Of a DNA stretch of 64,000 bases, positions 28,706 through 38,319 are shown piece after piece. The translations under genes were made by a program, and so were the position numbers. The notes beneath the pieces were generated by a model. It searched no databases. It was not told where the DNA came from and saw only the letters and a list, made by a program, of their open reading frames with translations. The stretch covers positions 496,001 through 560,000 of the forward strand of contig CAWKCK010000005.1 in the NCBI GenBank assembly GCA_963848135.1. The letters are read 5' to 3'. The first letter of the stretch is position 1. Each line of letters begins with the position of its first letter. The DNA is from an uncultured delta proteobacterium. GTDB lineage: Bacteria > Desulfobacterota > Desulfobacteria > Desulfobacterales > SG8-13.

Positions 28706-29011
28706 ATGAAATCTCATTGTATGGCCGCAGTGGCACTCTTTTTTCTGCTGTCGCTAACCTCGTTTGGAGTGGCAGATGTCGAGAATCCGCAACGCGTGGT
28801 TCTCTCTCAAGTCGTTTTTTTTGTACATTGATACGGTGTCGGCAGAGCAGCCCTGGAGGGGTTGCCTGGGGTTCGAAAAATATCCAGCGGCTTTCAAGGA
28901 TTTCGCGAGATCAACACGGTGCACTATGACCCTACTTTGATTTCTCCTGAACAAATGATCGCAGCTTTGAAGAAGGCCGGCACCTATATCGGCGTCGCTC
29001 ATGAAAAATGA
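28706..29011 (+). CDS. putative exported selenoprotein (101 aa, UGA codon 42), MsrA/HMA-like small domain
   Basis: AAGGAGG RBS, signal peptide, in-frame TGA at 28829 followed by 59 more sense codons; downstream hairpin. Confidence 0.75.
28847..28865 (+). promoter_or_regulatory. candidate bacterial SECIS hairpin
   Basis: GCAGCCC-TGGAG-GGGTTGC stem-loop starting 15 nt after the in-frame TGA. Confidence 0.6.
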
Positions 29012-29195
29012 ATGCGTCTTTCAGATGGGCACATGCAACGCGTGAAATGGCTGAGGTGGCGACTTGCGGAGCTTGGGCGGACGCCCGCTTTGACAGGCGA
29101 TGAGACACGGGCACCGCTGACGAAGGTGACAACCCTCTCACAGAAGGGCATTGCGAACCAAAGCACTTCAACCGGCCATGACCGTTTTAAGGTCA

Positions 29196-29465
29196 TCAAT
29201 CGTTGAGAAAGTAAATGTCCGGCTTATCGAGTACCCCTAATTTCTGCATCGTCTCTCGCAGCTCCGCAGAGTCGATAAATGCCTTTGCACGGTCGAGATC
29301 CTTAGCTTCGAAGAGGAGAACGACTTCATTTGAGTCGAGAACGCTGCGAAGAAGATTTTTCTCGCTGAGTCCCGCCTCGTTGCGTTTGACAAGATGGTTA
29401 TCGTACCCGCGTTTCCACTCCGAAAAGTCCCTCACCTTGTGTCGTACAAGTAAGTAGCTGGCCAT
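29196..29465 (-). CDS. small dimeric alpha-beta barrel ('cyclase'-like) protein
   Basis: VRHKVRDFSEWK...FEAKDLDRAKAF; start at MASY. Confidence 0.75.
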   Translation of the reverse strand: MASYLLVRHKVRDFSEWKRGYDNHLVKRNEAGLSEKNLLRSVLDSNEVVLLFEAKDLDRAKAFIDSAELRETMQKLGVLDKPDIYFLND

Positions 29466-29481
29466 TGTAAACTTCCTTTTG

Positions 29482-29796
29482 CTAATATTTGGGGAAAATG
29501 CCGCCCACAAGGGGTTCGTAGATCCGAAACTCGGCTTTTTCACCCAGCAATTCATCCACCTGATCTTGCAGGACGCGGCGTTCGTCACTGTTTAACCAGC
29601 GGTTCCAATCCTCTAAGCTGTTCCAGGTACTAATGACCAGGTATTCTCCGGAGCAATCCAGGCAGCGGAAAGTCCGTCCGGTTATGTATCCCGGTTGCAT
29701 GGTCGCAAGTGATCGCAACTTGACAACTAAAGGGGCGAGTCTGGCTTCTTTTTTCGAATCATTAAAAGTGCGCCTGATCAATACTGACACTGCCAT
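29482..29796 (-). CDS. antibiotic biosynthesis monooxygenase (ABM) domain protein
   Basis: QPGYITG, YLVISTWNSLEDW; AAGGAGG RBS. Confidence 0.85.
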   Translation of the reverse strand: MAVSVLIRRTFNDSKKEARLAPLVVKLRSLATMQPGYITGRTFRCLDCSGEYLVISTWNSLEDWNRWLNSDERRVLQDQVDELLGEKAEFRIYEPLVGGIFPKY

Positions 29797-30226
29797 GATA
29801 ACCCTCCTTGGTCTATGTTCGGCGTTTATGTATTGAGTGGATGAGATGCTGCTGGAAATCGGCTTTGGTTTGTAAATTGTGCAGACCGCTTGGCAGCTGT
29901 CGAAGTCAAATGGGGGTGGAACAGAGCAGTGATTCTCCGAGGTAGAGTCAGAGTGGAGCCAATACTTACATTTAATGCAGATGTTATATTATGTAAAGGG
30001 GTAATCCCGTTCGAGAATGAATTGCGTATATAATAAAGAAAGAGATTACAACACATTGAAATAAATATTATTTATGCCTGTCTAACTACGATTCAGATAG
30101 CGACGATCGTTGCGAGACAGACTCACTTTTCAGATCCTCTTGATATATGCGATGACTATCAATATTGTGAGATAGAGTTAAATATAAGCATGTATGATCT
30201 ATCTCCCAAAAAATGAGGAGGAGCAT

Positions 30227-31309
30227 ATGTCGAACACGATAATTCACGACCGCGCGTCAGGTGCCATCATGGGCGCCTTCATCGGTGATGCCATGGCACT
30301 CGGCCCGCACTGGTATTATGATCTTGCCGAACTTCGCCGTGACTATGGCAACTGGATCGACAATTACACCGACCCCAAGCCCGGCCGGTATCACGCCGGG
30401 CTCAAGGCCGGTCAACTTTCCCAGGCCGGCTTTATCCTTGGCCTTCTGGTTCGCTCCCTGATTGAGCGTGGTGGTTATGACGAACTCGATTTTTGTCGCC
30501 GGATGGATAATGAACTTTTTCCGCTCCTCGACGGCACCCCGATAAGCGGTCCGGGTGGATACACCAGTCAGTCGATCCGGGAAGCTTGGCGGCGGCGTGT
30601 ACAACAACATTTGCCCTGGGGGCAAACCGGTGGGCATGCGGACACCACCGAAGCCATAGAACGCACCCTTGCGATAGCCGTTCGCTATGCGCTGCACCCG
30701 GCCCAACTCGCCGCGGCTGTGGCCGAAAACGCCACCCTTACCCAGGCCGATGAAACGATCGTATCGATGACTGTTGCCTACGGTGCGGTGCTGAGCCTTC
30801 TGGTCCTGGGGGATACCCTCGACACCGAGCTGTCAGGTAAACTCATGCGGCTGGTGAAAAGCGGGCAACTGCCCTTTCACGCCGTCACCCGCGGCCATCT
30901 CGAGCCGCCGCGCCCCGGGGATCCTGATCCGCCCCGTGCCGGTCGATTCGCTTCGCCGGACGCCCTACTTACGCCCTCTTATATGGCTGCCGCAGCGGCA
31001 GACGCGGATATCCGCATCGAGCCGGCCTGGAAAGTTTCCATCGTTTATGGAATGCCGTGCGCGATTTACCACCAGCTGCCGGCCGCCTATTTCCTCGCCG
31101 CCCGTTTTCACGACGATTTCGAATCGGCCGTTTTGCATGCCGTTAATGGCGGTGGACAAAATCAGGCACGGGCAATCCTTACCGGTGCTCTCGTCGGGGC
31201 TCAAACCGGTTTTTCTGGCATCCCCCAGCGCTTCATCGATGGACTCGAAGATGCTGATGGACTTAAAAAACTGGCCCAAGACCTCGCGTCAACGGTGCAC
31301 AACTTCTGA
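30227..31309 (+). CDS. ADP-ribosylglycohydrolase family protein
   Basis: GAFIGDAMALGPHW, AVNGGGQNQARAILTGALVGA. Confidence 0.85.
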   Translation: MSNTIIHDRASGAIMGAFIGDAMALGPHWYYDLAELRRDYGNWIDNYTDPKPGRYHAGLKAGQLSQAGFILGLLVRSLIERGGYDELDFCRRMDNELFPLLDGTPISGPGGYTSQSIREAWRRRVQQHLPWGQTGGHADTTEAIERTLAIAVRYALHPAQLAAAVAENATLTQADETIVSMTVAYGAVLSLLVLGDTLDTELSGKLMRLVKSGQLPFHAVTRGHLEPPRPGDPDPPRAGRFASPDALLTPSYMAAAAADADIRIEPAWKVSIVYGMPCAIYHQLPAAYFLAARFHDDFESAVLHAVNGGGQNQARAILTGALVGAQTGFSGIPQRFIDGLEDADGLKKLAQDLASTVHNF

Positions 31310-31355
31310 GGTCTCTTGATCAAAAAGGACAATTTGGCAGGACGGTAAAAAGAAC

Positions 31356-31453
31356 GGGACCATTGTGGGCGATATGATCGGGTCTCCGTACGAAGCCTTA
31401 CCGATCAAAACAACCGATTTTTCTGTGAGGGAAATTTGCCGTAAGACCTGGTA
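31356..31453 (+). pseudogene. remnant of a second ADP-ribosylglycohydrolase N-terminus
   Basis: Translates GTIVGDMIGSPYEALPIKTTDF, resembling the GAIxGDIIGSxYE start of this family; no start codon, early stop. Confidence 0.55.
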
Positions 31454-31574
31454 ACCATGATGGAGCGTTTAAAATAAAAATACAATTGCGAATATTGACC
31501 GTTGCTGATAGTCGAAGCGTTGCGAAAAACCCATAGACACGTTACTGAATAAACAAAATCTGGAAGGGAGACCA

Positions 31575-32663
31575 ATGGATTACAGCAAAGAGCAGTTGCT
31601 GAACACGCTCGCGCAAATCGCCCCCAACCGTTATCTTCAGGCCTTTTTAATCATTGTTCTTTTCGTCTTTGTCGCCAAGATAGTTGATATCATACTGACC
31701 CGAGTCCTCCGGCGACTGCTGAGCAAGACGAAATTCACTCTCGACGACCAGATTCTCGACATTTTTCACAATCCCATCTTTATCAGCATCATGCTCTTCG
31801 GTCTCGCGCTGGCCGCCGACCGTCTCGATTTTCCACAGACCGTTCATTTCGTCACCTTGAGCGGCCTGAAAACCGTGGCCATCCTTTTGTGGGCGAAGGC
31901 CGCCGCGCGGTTCATGAAGCTGATCGTTGGGCTCCTGAGTCATGACGCCAGCCGGTTTACCTTGATTCAAGACCGCACCCTGCCGTTGTTCAACAACCTT
32001 ATGGTCATCCTGGTGGTGGCCTTGGCCCTCTACTTCATTTTCCTGGCCTGGAAAATCGATGTGACGGCCTGGATGGCCTCAGCCGGTATCCTCGGTCTGG
32101 CCATCTCGTTTGCTGCAAAAGATACCCTGGCAAACCTGTTCTCAGGCGTATTCATCCTGGCCGATGCCCCCTACAAACTTGGAGATATGATTGTACTCGA
32201 TTCGGGTGAACGCGGTGAGGTGACGCATATCGGTATCCGCAGCACCCGCATCCTGACCCGTGACGATGTTGAAATTACCCTGCCCAACTCCATCATGGGG
32301 AATGTCAAAATCACCAACGAGGCCGGCGGCCCCCACGAACGTTACCGCATTCGGATCAATGTGGGTGTGGCTTACGGGTCGGATATCGACAAGGTCCAAG
32401 CCTCACTAATGGATGTCGCCAACAATCATCCGGATGTCTGTAAAACCCCGGCACCGCGGGTGCGCTTCCGCACCTTCGGAGATTCGAGCCTCGACCACGA
32501 ACTGTTATGTTGGGTGGAAAAACCCGTGTTGCGCGGACGCGTGGCGCATCTGCTAAATACCGAGGTCTACAAAAAATTTATGAAGGAGGGCATCGAAATC
32601 CCCTTTCCCCAGCGTGACCTGTACATCAAGTCTGCACCAGCGGCAACGCCCAGTGATGCCTAA
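31575..32663 (+). CDS. mscS: MscS family mechanosensitive channel
   Basis: TM segments, FAAKDTLANLFSG, GVAYGSDI, FGDSSLD, GIEIPFPQR. Confidence 0.92.
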   Translation: MDYSKEQLLNTLAQIAPNRYLQAFLIIVLFVFVAKIVDIILTRVLRRLLSKTKFTLDDQILDIFHNPIFISIMLFGLALAADRLDFPQTVHFVTLSGLKTVAILLWAKAAARFMKLIVGLLSHDASRFTLIQDRTLPLFNNLMVILVVALALYFIFLAWKIDVTAWMASAGILGLAISFAAKDTLANLFSGVFILADAPYKLGDMIVLDSGERGEVTHIGIRSTRILTRDDVEITLPNSIMGNVKITNEAGGPHERYRIRINVGVAYGSDIDKVQASLMDVANNHPDVCKTPAPRVRFRTFGDSSLDHELLCWVEKPVLRGRVAHLLNTEVYKKFMKEGIEIPFPQRDLYIKSAPAATPSDA

Positions 32664-32723
32664 GCCATATAACCAGCATTTCGCTCACCGTTACCATTAT
32701 TAAATACCGTGAAAGGAAAGAAA

Positions 32724-33638
32724 ATGCCGATCGATCTTCATGCATTTAAACCGGCCTATGAGAAATGGGTGAAAGAAAGCTTGCCGGAATTTCAGGCGGG
32801 AAGAATGACGGAAATTGTTAAAAAGTATCCGTTAATTGATTCGCAGGATGTGCCCTGGACCCCTTACACAGGTCAACCTTCAGCGCAGACCTTTGCTTTG
32901 GTTACCAGTGGCGGCCTCTACCTGAAAGACAGCCAACCGGCTTTCGACACCACCTCGATTCACGGCGACCCATCCTTACGGGAAATCCCCAAAGACGTGC
33001 GTCAAGAAGACATCGGCATCGCCCATGCACAATACGATCACAGTCTGGCGGAGGAGGACATCAATGTCATCTTCCCGATCCACCGCCTGATCGAGTTGGA
33101 AGAGGAAAAAGTCATCGGTAAACTAGTGAATACAAACTACAGTTTCAGCTATGTCAATGATGTGGTGACACTGGTGACCAAAACAATTCCGGAATTTATC
33201 TCGCGGATCAAGTCCGACGGCGTCGACGTTCTTCTGCTGGTACCGGTCTGACCCAAGTGCCATCAGACAGTTGGTCTGATTCAACGGATGACCGAGGAAG
33301 CCGGAATACCCACCATCTCCATGGGGAACATGCCCGACCGGATGGCGTTCATTAAACCACCCCGTGCCCTGCTGGTTAAATTCGGACGGGGCAGCATGTT
33401 TGGTGAACCGGGCAACGCAAAGCGCCAGCGACGAATTCTCCTGGATGCGCTGGAGGCCCTGAATACCATGACGGAACCGGGCACCATTCGTGAACTGCCC
33501 TATAAGTGGAAACGTCCTGATCCGATGGATCGATTCCTTTCGGAAATGATTTCTACGGCACGTCAGGGCCGGCGGCACAAAGACCGCTCACGACACACCC
33601 CAAAGCCAGCGCCCAATTTTAAAAAACATTTTATATAA
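32724..33638 (+). CDS. GrdB/PrdB-like selenoprotein (UxxC), 304 aa with Sec at codon 176
   Basis: ORFs 32709-33251 and 33288-33638 are in frame across TGA 33249: LLVPV-U-PKCHQTVG; ALVTSGG, GDPSLREIP, DINVIFPI motifs. Confidence 0.88.
33262..33280 (+). promoter_or_regulatory. candidate bacterial SECIS hairpin
   Basis: Perfect ATCAGAC-AGTTG-GTCTGAT stem-loop 10 nt after the in-frame TGA. Confidence 0.7.
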
Positions 33639-33741
33639 TAAGATGTTATACTCGCAGACGAGCTTTTACCTCCAAAAAGTTTGTTGTCAACACGCGTTGG
33701 GTGTGCAATAGAAAACCCGCAGCAGCGGCGCTGTCGCTACA

Positions 33742-34041
33742 GTGAAGGACACCGTGCGTGTCTCACAACACCACATAGGCAGACTTTTGAGAAAAAGATC
33801 CCTGACATTCGGTTATATCATTTTCTATATCCTCTTTTCGCCCGATACATGGCGCATAGTGATCGGGCTCACAGTGGCCGTTTTACTGGGCCCCAGTATT
33901 ATCCAACCCAACCACGGTGTGTTGGGAGCAGGGATCATTTACCTCATGCTCGCATCTATCGGGTATGCCTTCAGCATGCGGCCGGGCCGTTGGATCAGCA
34001 GCACGCTAAAAGATCTGATATTGACAGACAAGCAACCGTAA
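33742..34041 (+). CDS. hypothetical membrane protein
   Basis: Three hydrophobic segments; co-oriented with neighbours. Confidence 0.6.
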   Translation: MKDTVRVSQHHIGRLLRKRSLTFGYIIFYILFSPDTWRIVIGLTVAVLLGPSIIQPNHGVLGAGIIYLMLASIGYAFSMRPGRWISSTLKDLILTDKQP

Positions 34042-34084
34042 CCACCGCCATTGGACCCTATATGGCGAAAGAGGCGTTGCAATC

Positions 34085-34777
34085 GTGAATAAAACCGAAC
34101 GGAAACCACAAGCCAAATGCGCCACATGCGACCTCGCAACCCCGCAGAGGATCTGCATGACCGCAGATGGCAGGGGCTCGAAAGATTGCCCCACCCTCGC
34201 CCGAAAAAAAATTCTCGCCGAAGCCAACAAAGAATACAATACGGCCGAAACTCTAAAATTTGCACATACGGCCTCCGTTCAGGAAGCCGATTGCTATGCC
34301 AACCGCGACCAGCAACCATATATCATGCAACCCACGAAGACCCGCATGCTCGAAATATGCGAGTTTGCCGAAAAAATGGGGTATACGCGCCTGGGCCTGG
34401 CGTTTTGTATCGGTTTGTCAAAGGAGGCGGCCACCGTGGAGCAGATCTTGAAAGAACGTGGATTCGAAGTCGTTTCAGTGCTCTGCAAGGCGGGGAGAAC
34501 GCCCAAGGAAACGATCGGGATATCCGATAACGATAAGATCTACCGCGGTACAGACGAGGCCATGTGCAACCCAATTTTCCAGGCCAAACTGCTGAACCAC
34601 TCAAACACCGAATTCAACATAGTGCTGGGATTGTGCGTGGGTCACGACGCGCTGTTCTTCAAACATGCCCAGGCCCCGACCACGGTGTTGGCAGTCAAAG
34701 ATCGGGTGACGGGCCACAATCCTTTGGCGGCAATTTACCTGGCTGATTCCTATTACCGCAAGATCAGGAAGCCATAG
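34085..34777 (+). CDS. DUF1847 family Cys-rich putative metal-binding protein
   Basis: GLAFCIGL, MCNPIFQA, GLCVGHD, KDRVTGHNPL. Confidence 0.88.
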   Translation: MNKTERKPQAKCATCDLATPQRICMTADGRGSKDCPTLARKKILAEANKEYNTAETLKFAHTASVQEADCYANRDQQPYIMQPTKTRMLEICEFAEKMGYTRLGLAFCIGLSKEAATVEQILKERGFEVVSVLCKAGRTPKETIGISDNDKIYRGTDEAMCNPIFQAKLLNHSNTEFNIVLGLCVGHDALFFKHAQAPTTVLAVKDRVTGHNPLAAIYLADSYYRKIRKP

Positions 34778-34861
34778 ATCGCTCTGGGCATGCCGGCGTG
34801 ACCTTATGAACTGCCTGACCCTGTCTGGCGGGTTTGTCCACTCAACCAAGGAGTATCCAGC

Positions 34862-35791
34862 GTGAAGCAGGCTGTGTTACAATCGATCCCCCAGGAGCCA
34901 GTGGTCATCCTGATTTGTGCAATATTTTCGGTCCTGCTATTATTTCTATTTTTAATTCGAAAATATTACCGGTCACAGAAACCCCAGTTGCCGTTTACCC
35001 GAAACTTTCTGCGATTACCCGGCCAGTCACTGCTGAAAGAACTCGCCCATCTCAATCAGGAAATCATGATCTACTTCGTCTTCCTGATTGTTATACCGGT
35101 TTACACTTACGCCGCCTACATTTCTTATCTTTACTTCGCCAAAAAGCCATTCAACATGATAGAACTGGGTCTGGTGTGTTTGTTTCCACTGATGTTCATT
35201 TTTTTCAGCCTTTATAAAATGGCCACGTATCGGGGTCGTCGCAGGCTGTTACGACTGGGATACGACGGCAAAGTCGCGGTGGGACAAGACCTCGTCCGCC
35301 TCCATCATGAAGGCTATCACGTATTTCACGATTTCCCGGCGGACGGCTTCAATATCGATCACATCGTGGTGGGCAGCAAAGGAGCGTTCGCGATCGAAAC
35401 CTATGCCAGATCGAAACCGAAGACGAAAAACCGGCTGCAGGACGCAACGGTAGAGTATAACGGAAGGGTGCTTCGGTTCCCCAAGGCTACAGACAAACAA
35501 ACCGTCGAAAAAGCCATTCGTCAGGCCGACTGGCTTTCGCAGTGGTTGTCCGGCACCATCAGTGAACCGGTGGTGGTCCGAGGGATCGTCGCCCTGCCCG
35601 GTTGGTTCGTCAAACGCTCATCCGCAGAAGGCATCCCGGTCGTTAACCCTGAGCAATTCGGTTCTCTCTTTCAATATATCCAGCCCCGAATGCTATCGGA
35701 AGAAATGATATGGCAGGTCGTTCACCAACTGGAGCGGAATTGCCGGGACGTCGATCCAGACTTGGAGGCATATGAATCCGAAAAAGCATGA
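34862..35791 (+). CDS. membrane-anchored NERD (nuclease-related) domain protein
   Basis: TM segments, then VFHDFP, FNIDHIVVG, FAIETY. Confidence 0.75.
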   Translation: MKQAVLQSIPQEPVVILICAIFSVLLLFLFLIRKYYRSQKPQLPFTRNFLRLPGQSLLKELAHLNQEIMIYFVFLIVIPVYTYAAYISYLYFAKKPFNMIELGLVCLFPLMFIFFSLYKMATYRGRRRLLRLGYDGKVAVGQDLVRLHHEGYHVFHDFPADGFNIDHIVVGSKGAFAIETYARSKPKTKNRLQDATVEYNGRVLRFPKATDKQTVEKAIRQADWLSQWLSGTISEPVVVRGIVALPGWFVKRSSAEGIPVVNPEQFGSLFQYIQPRMLSEEMIWQVVHQLERNCRDVDPDLEAYESEKA

Positions 35792-35832
35792 GAGGCATAG
35801 TTTGGTTTCTGCCGAATCCTGGCCCGAATTTG

Positions 35833-36093
35833 TTACCGCGTCAAAACCAGGATCGCAAACAAGACCGTTCCTAACAAGGAAAAATGCAGCCCATTGAGGA
35901 TCATGTTATATTTGGTTTGGATTTTCTCGGAAGGCTCCTTAGGAATCAAGGCTTTGAACCTTCGGTAGTCCTTCAACCAACCCCTGAACGCATCGACCGT
36001 GTATCCCTTGTCCCTTAAGATTAGCTTAATCTGCTGAACGTTATACAGCGCGACGACCACAGATAAAATCATCGCAAATTCAAAGAGACCCAT
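35833..36093 (-). CDS. hypothetical membrane protein
   Basis: Two terminal hydrophobic segments; AAGGA RBS. Confidence 0.6.
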   Translation of the reverse strand: MGLFEFAMILSVVVALYNVQQIKLILRDKGYTVDAFRGWLKDYRRFKALIPKEPSEKIQTKYNMILNGLHFSLLGTVLFAILVLTR

Positions 36094-36361
36094 GGGTGTC
36101 TTTTCCTTTAGTTAGTGCTCATCCGCAAGTGGTTATGGGCATTACAGCGTTTCCAATTCATAAATGGAGGTTTTTTCACAGGGCAAGACCTCACCGAGGC
36201 GGTAGGGCCATTTATGAATGGACACAAGTTAGAATGACGTGCGAGTCTACATATCACAAGACGGCATTATAAAAAACATTTAACCCCAACTGCACGACGA
36301 TGTCTCATCCCTATCATGAATCAAAAAATGCGCATCGGTTAGTCTTTACCGTAAATTTCTC

Positions 36362-37231
36362 CTAGTCCTGAGGATAAATACGAAAACGCTTCAAATCCGC
36401 TATCCCTTCCCATTGGGGAAGTCTTTGACCGGGCCCCTCGATACGAATCAGTGGTGGTTGGCGATCGGCTAACGAATTGATTTTCGCCCATAGCGTAATG
36501 TCGCCCCAGAATTGCGGTGGCGAGTCATTTAGGGACGCTTTTTTCAAGATCTCCCCGGGTGATTGGCAACCGGATCGAATCGCCTCGAGCGCGAGTTTCT
36601 CAAGGCGCCCCAACCCCGTTTCAGAATCCGGTTGTTCCTGAAGCCAACGATATACCGCCGCTGGAATCCAGGGCAAGGGTGCATCAGAACACTGGGTCAA
36701 TCCGATAAAAGCCTCCCTGTCTTGCAACGCAAAGGCCCTGTCAACGTGATCTGCAAAAAGAAATTGATCATGCGTTACAGTTTGAAGCTGATTGTAGGCG
36801 GACGCCAATTGTTCCGGACGAAGTTGACCGAGGCCGTGGTACGGTTCAATTCCTGGGAAAGAATCGATGCAGATAAGCTCGGCCTCCCGGTTTCCCAAGT
36901 AATTCAGGCATGCGAGTATGTGCGCTAACATCGACTGATCGAACAGACAGGCATCAAACCAGAGAAGCAGCTTGTCATACTTATTGGCAGTTTCAAGTTT
37001 GTGGTACTGATTCTTGAGGGTCTCGAGAATATCTTCCCTGCGCAGTCCCCCGTCTGTCACTGATTCAAGGAACGACGCGCGCGAAAGGAGGGTATCACCA
37101 TCCGGCCATCCCGGATTACGAGGGCCGTCATAAAGGATATCGTGCCAGACGAAGATTTCCCCAGGAATGCCAGATCTCTCGAGACGGCTTCCCGCAGAAT
37201 CACCGCTTGTTATGTGAAGAGTTGCTTTCAT
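36362..37231 (-). CDS. DUF1835 family protein
   Basis: LHITSGDSAG, WHDILYDGP, LWFDACLFDQ. Confidence 0.75.
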   Translation of the reverse strand: MKATLHITSGDSAGSRLERSGIPGEIFVWHDILYDGPRNPGWPDGDTLLSRASFLESVTDGGLRREDILETLKNQYHKLETANKYDKLLLWFDACLFDQSMLAHILACLNYLGNREAELICIDSFPGIEPYHGLGQLRPEQLASAYNQLQTVTHDQFLFADHVDRAFALQDREAFIGLTQCSDAPLPWIPAAVYRWLQEQPDSETGLGRLEKLALEAIRSGCQSPGEILKKASLNDSPPQFWGDITLWAKINSLADRQPPLIRIEGPGQRLPQWEGIADLKRFRIYPQD

Positions 37232-37425
37232 GATATCCGCGTGCTGCCAGAAGATTTGATCAAGAGATTTGATTCCGATGCGTCACCCAAAGAACGATCA
37301 GCGTAATAGCAGACAGATCTAACCTAATGCTTTTATTTCAGATTACCAGTCTTGTTGGTTATGCCGCAAATTCAGAGCCTCAAATACTGCCTTGAAATTC
37401 GGCCGATGAGTCTCATAATGAACCT

Positions 37426-38313
37426 ATGAAAAAAATACCGGTCTTGCTCATACTGATTTCGATAATTATCGGTTGCAGTCCTCGTGTGCTCTACCCAAAA
37501 CTGGACTGGCTCATACCCTGGTATGTGGATGATTATATTTCACTGGATCGCAGCCAGAGCCGTCACGTTAGCTCTCGATTGGCCCACCAACTGGATTGGC
37601 ACTGCCGGACGCAGCTGCCTCAGTATGCTGAATTTCTGCGAAACATGCGCCGTGATGTCGATAGCAGCAATCAACCGCTTACAGTGGAACGCCTGGAAAT
37701 TTACAATGCTCAGCTTACCCGTCATTGGTATGCCCTTCTCAGGCAAATCGGACCCGATATTATCGACATACTTGTCTCGGCCTCAGACGATCAGATTGCG
37801 GAGCTCTTCGATAACCTCGAAAGGGAAAACCGCGAAATGGAAATCGAATTGACCGAACAGTCGCCCCAACAAATCACTCGCAACCGTCAAAAGCGCATGC
37901 AAAAGCGGTTAAGTTTCTGGTTTTCAGACTTGTCCGCACCTCAAAAACAGGCGCTGGCCGAGTGGAGCACGACGCTCAATCCGATTGCCATGGACAGGAT
38001 AGCCCACCGCCGCAGAGTTCAGGACGCAGCCAAGCGTCTTTTAGAAGATCGAGACACATCGGTCGAATTCGAGGCTGAATTCCTTGAACTGCTCACCAAT
38101 ACCAGAAAATTTAGGACCGAAAATTATCAGCGAAAAATTGATATGAACACCGAACGGACTCTCGCCTTACTGGTCGATGTGTCAAACACACTGACCCCGG
38201 AGCAGAAAACCCATTTTTCCAACCGTCTCACGTCTTTGGTGGCGGATCTTGATCAACTGAGCTGCGATCCGGCATTGAAAGCGGATCGAACCAGAATGAA
38301 TTTGGAGAGTTAG
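37426..38313 (+). CDS. lipoprotein (DUF6279-like)
   Basis: Lipobox IIGC; YPKLDWLIPWYVDDY, WHCRTQLPQY. Confidence 0.75.
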   Translation: MKKIPVLLILISIIIGCSPRVLYPKLDWLIPWYVDDYISLDRSQSRHVSSRLAHQLDWHCRTQLPQYAEFLRNMRRDVDSSNQPLTVERLEIYNAQLTRHWYALLRQIGPDIIDILVSASDDQIAELFDNLERENREMEIELTEQSPQQITRNRQKRMQKRLSFWFSDLSAPQKQALAEWSTTLNPIAMDRIAHRRRVQDAAKRLLEDRDTSVEFEAEFLELLTNTRKFRTENYQRKIDMNTERTLALLVDVSNTLTPEQKTHFSNRLTSLVADLDQLSCDPALKADRTRMNLES

Positions 38314-38319
38314 ATCGTT

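Noticed and set aside
28687..29206. ORFs 28687-28929, 28754-29002, 28932-29171, 28999-29199 and 29012-29206
   Set aside because: No RBS or motifs; the region is better explained by the readthrough gene at 28706-29011.
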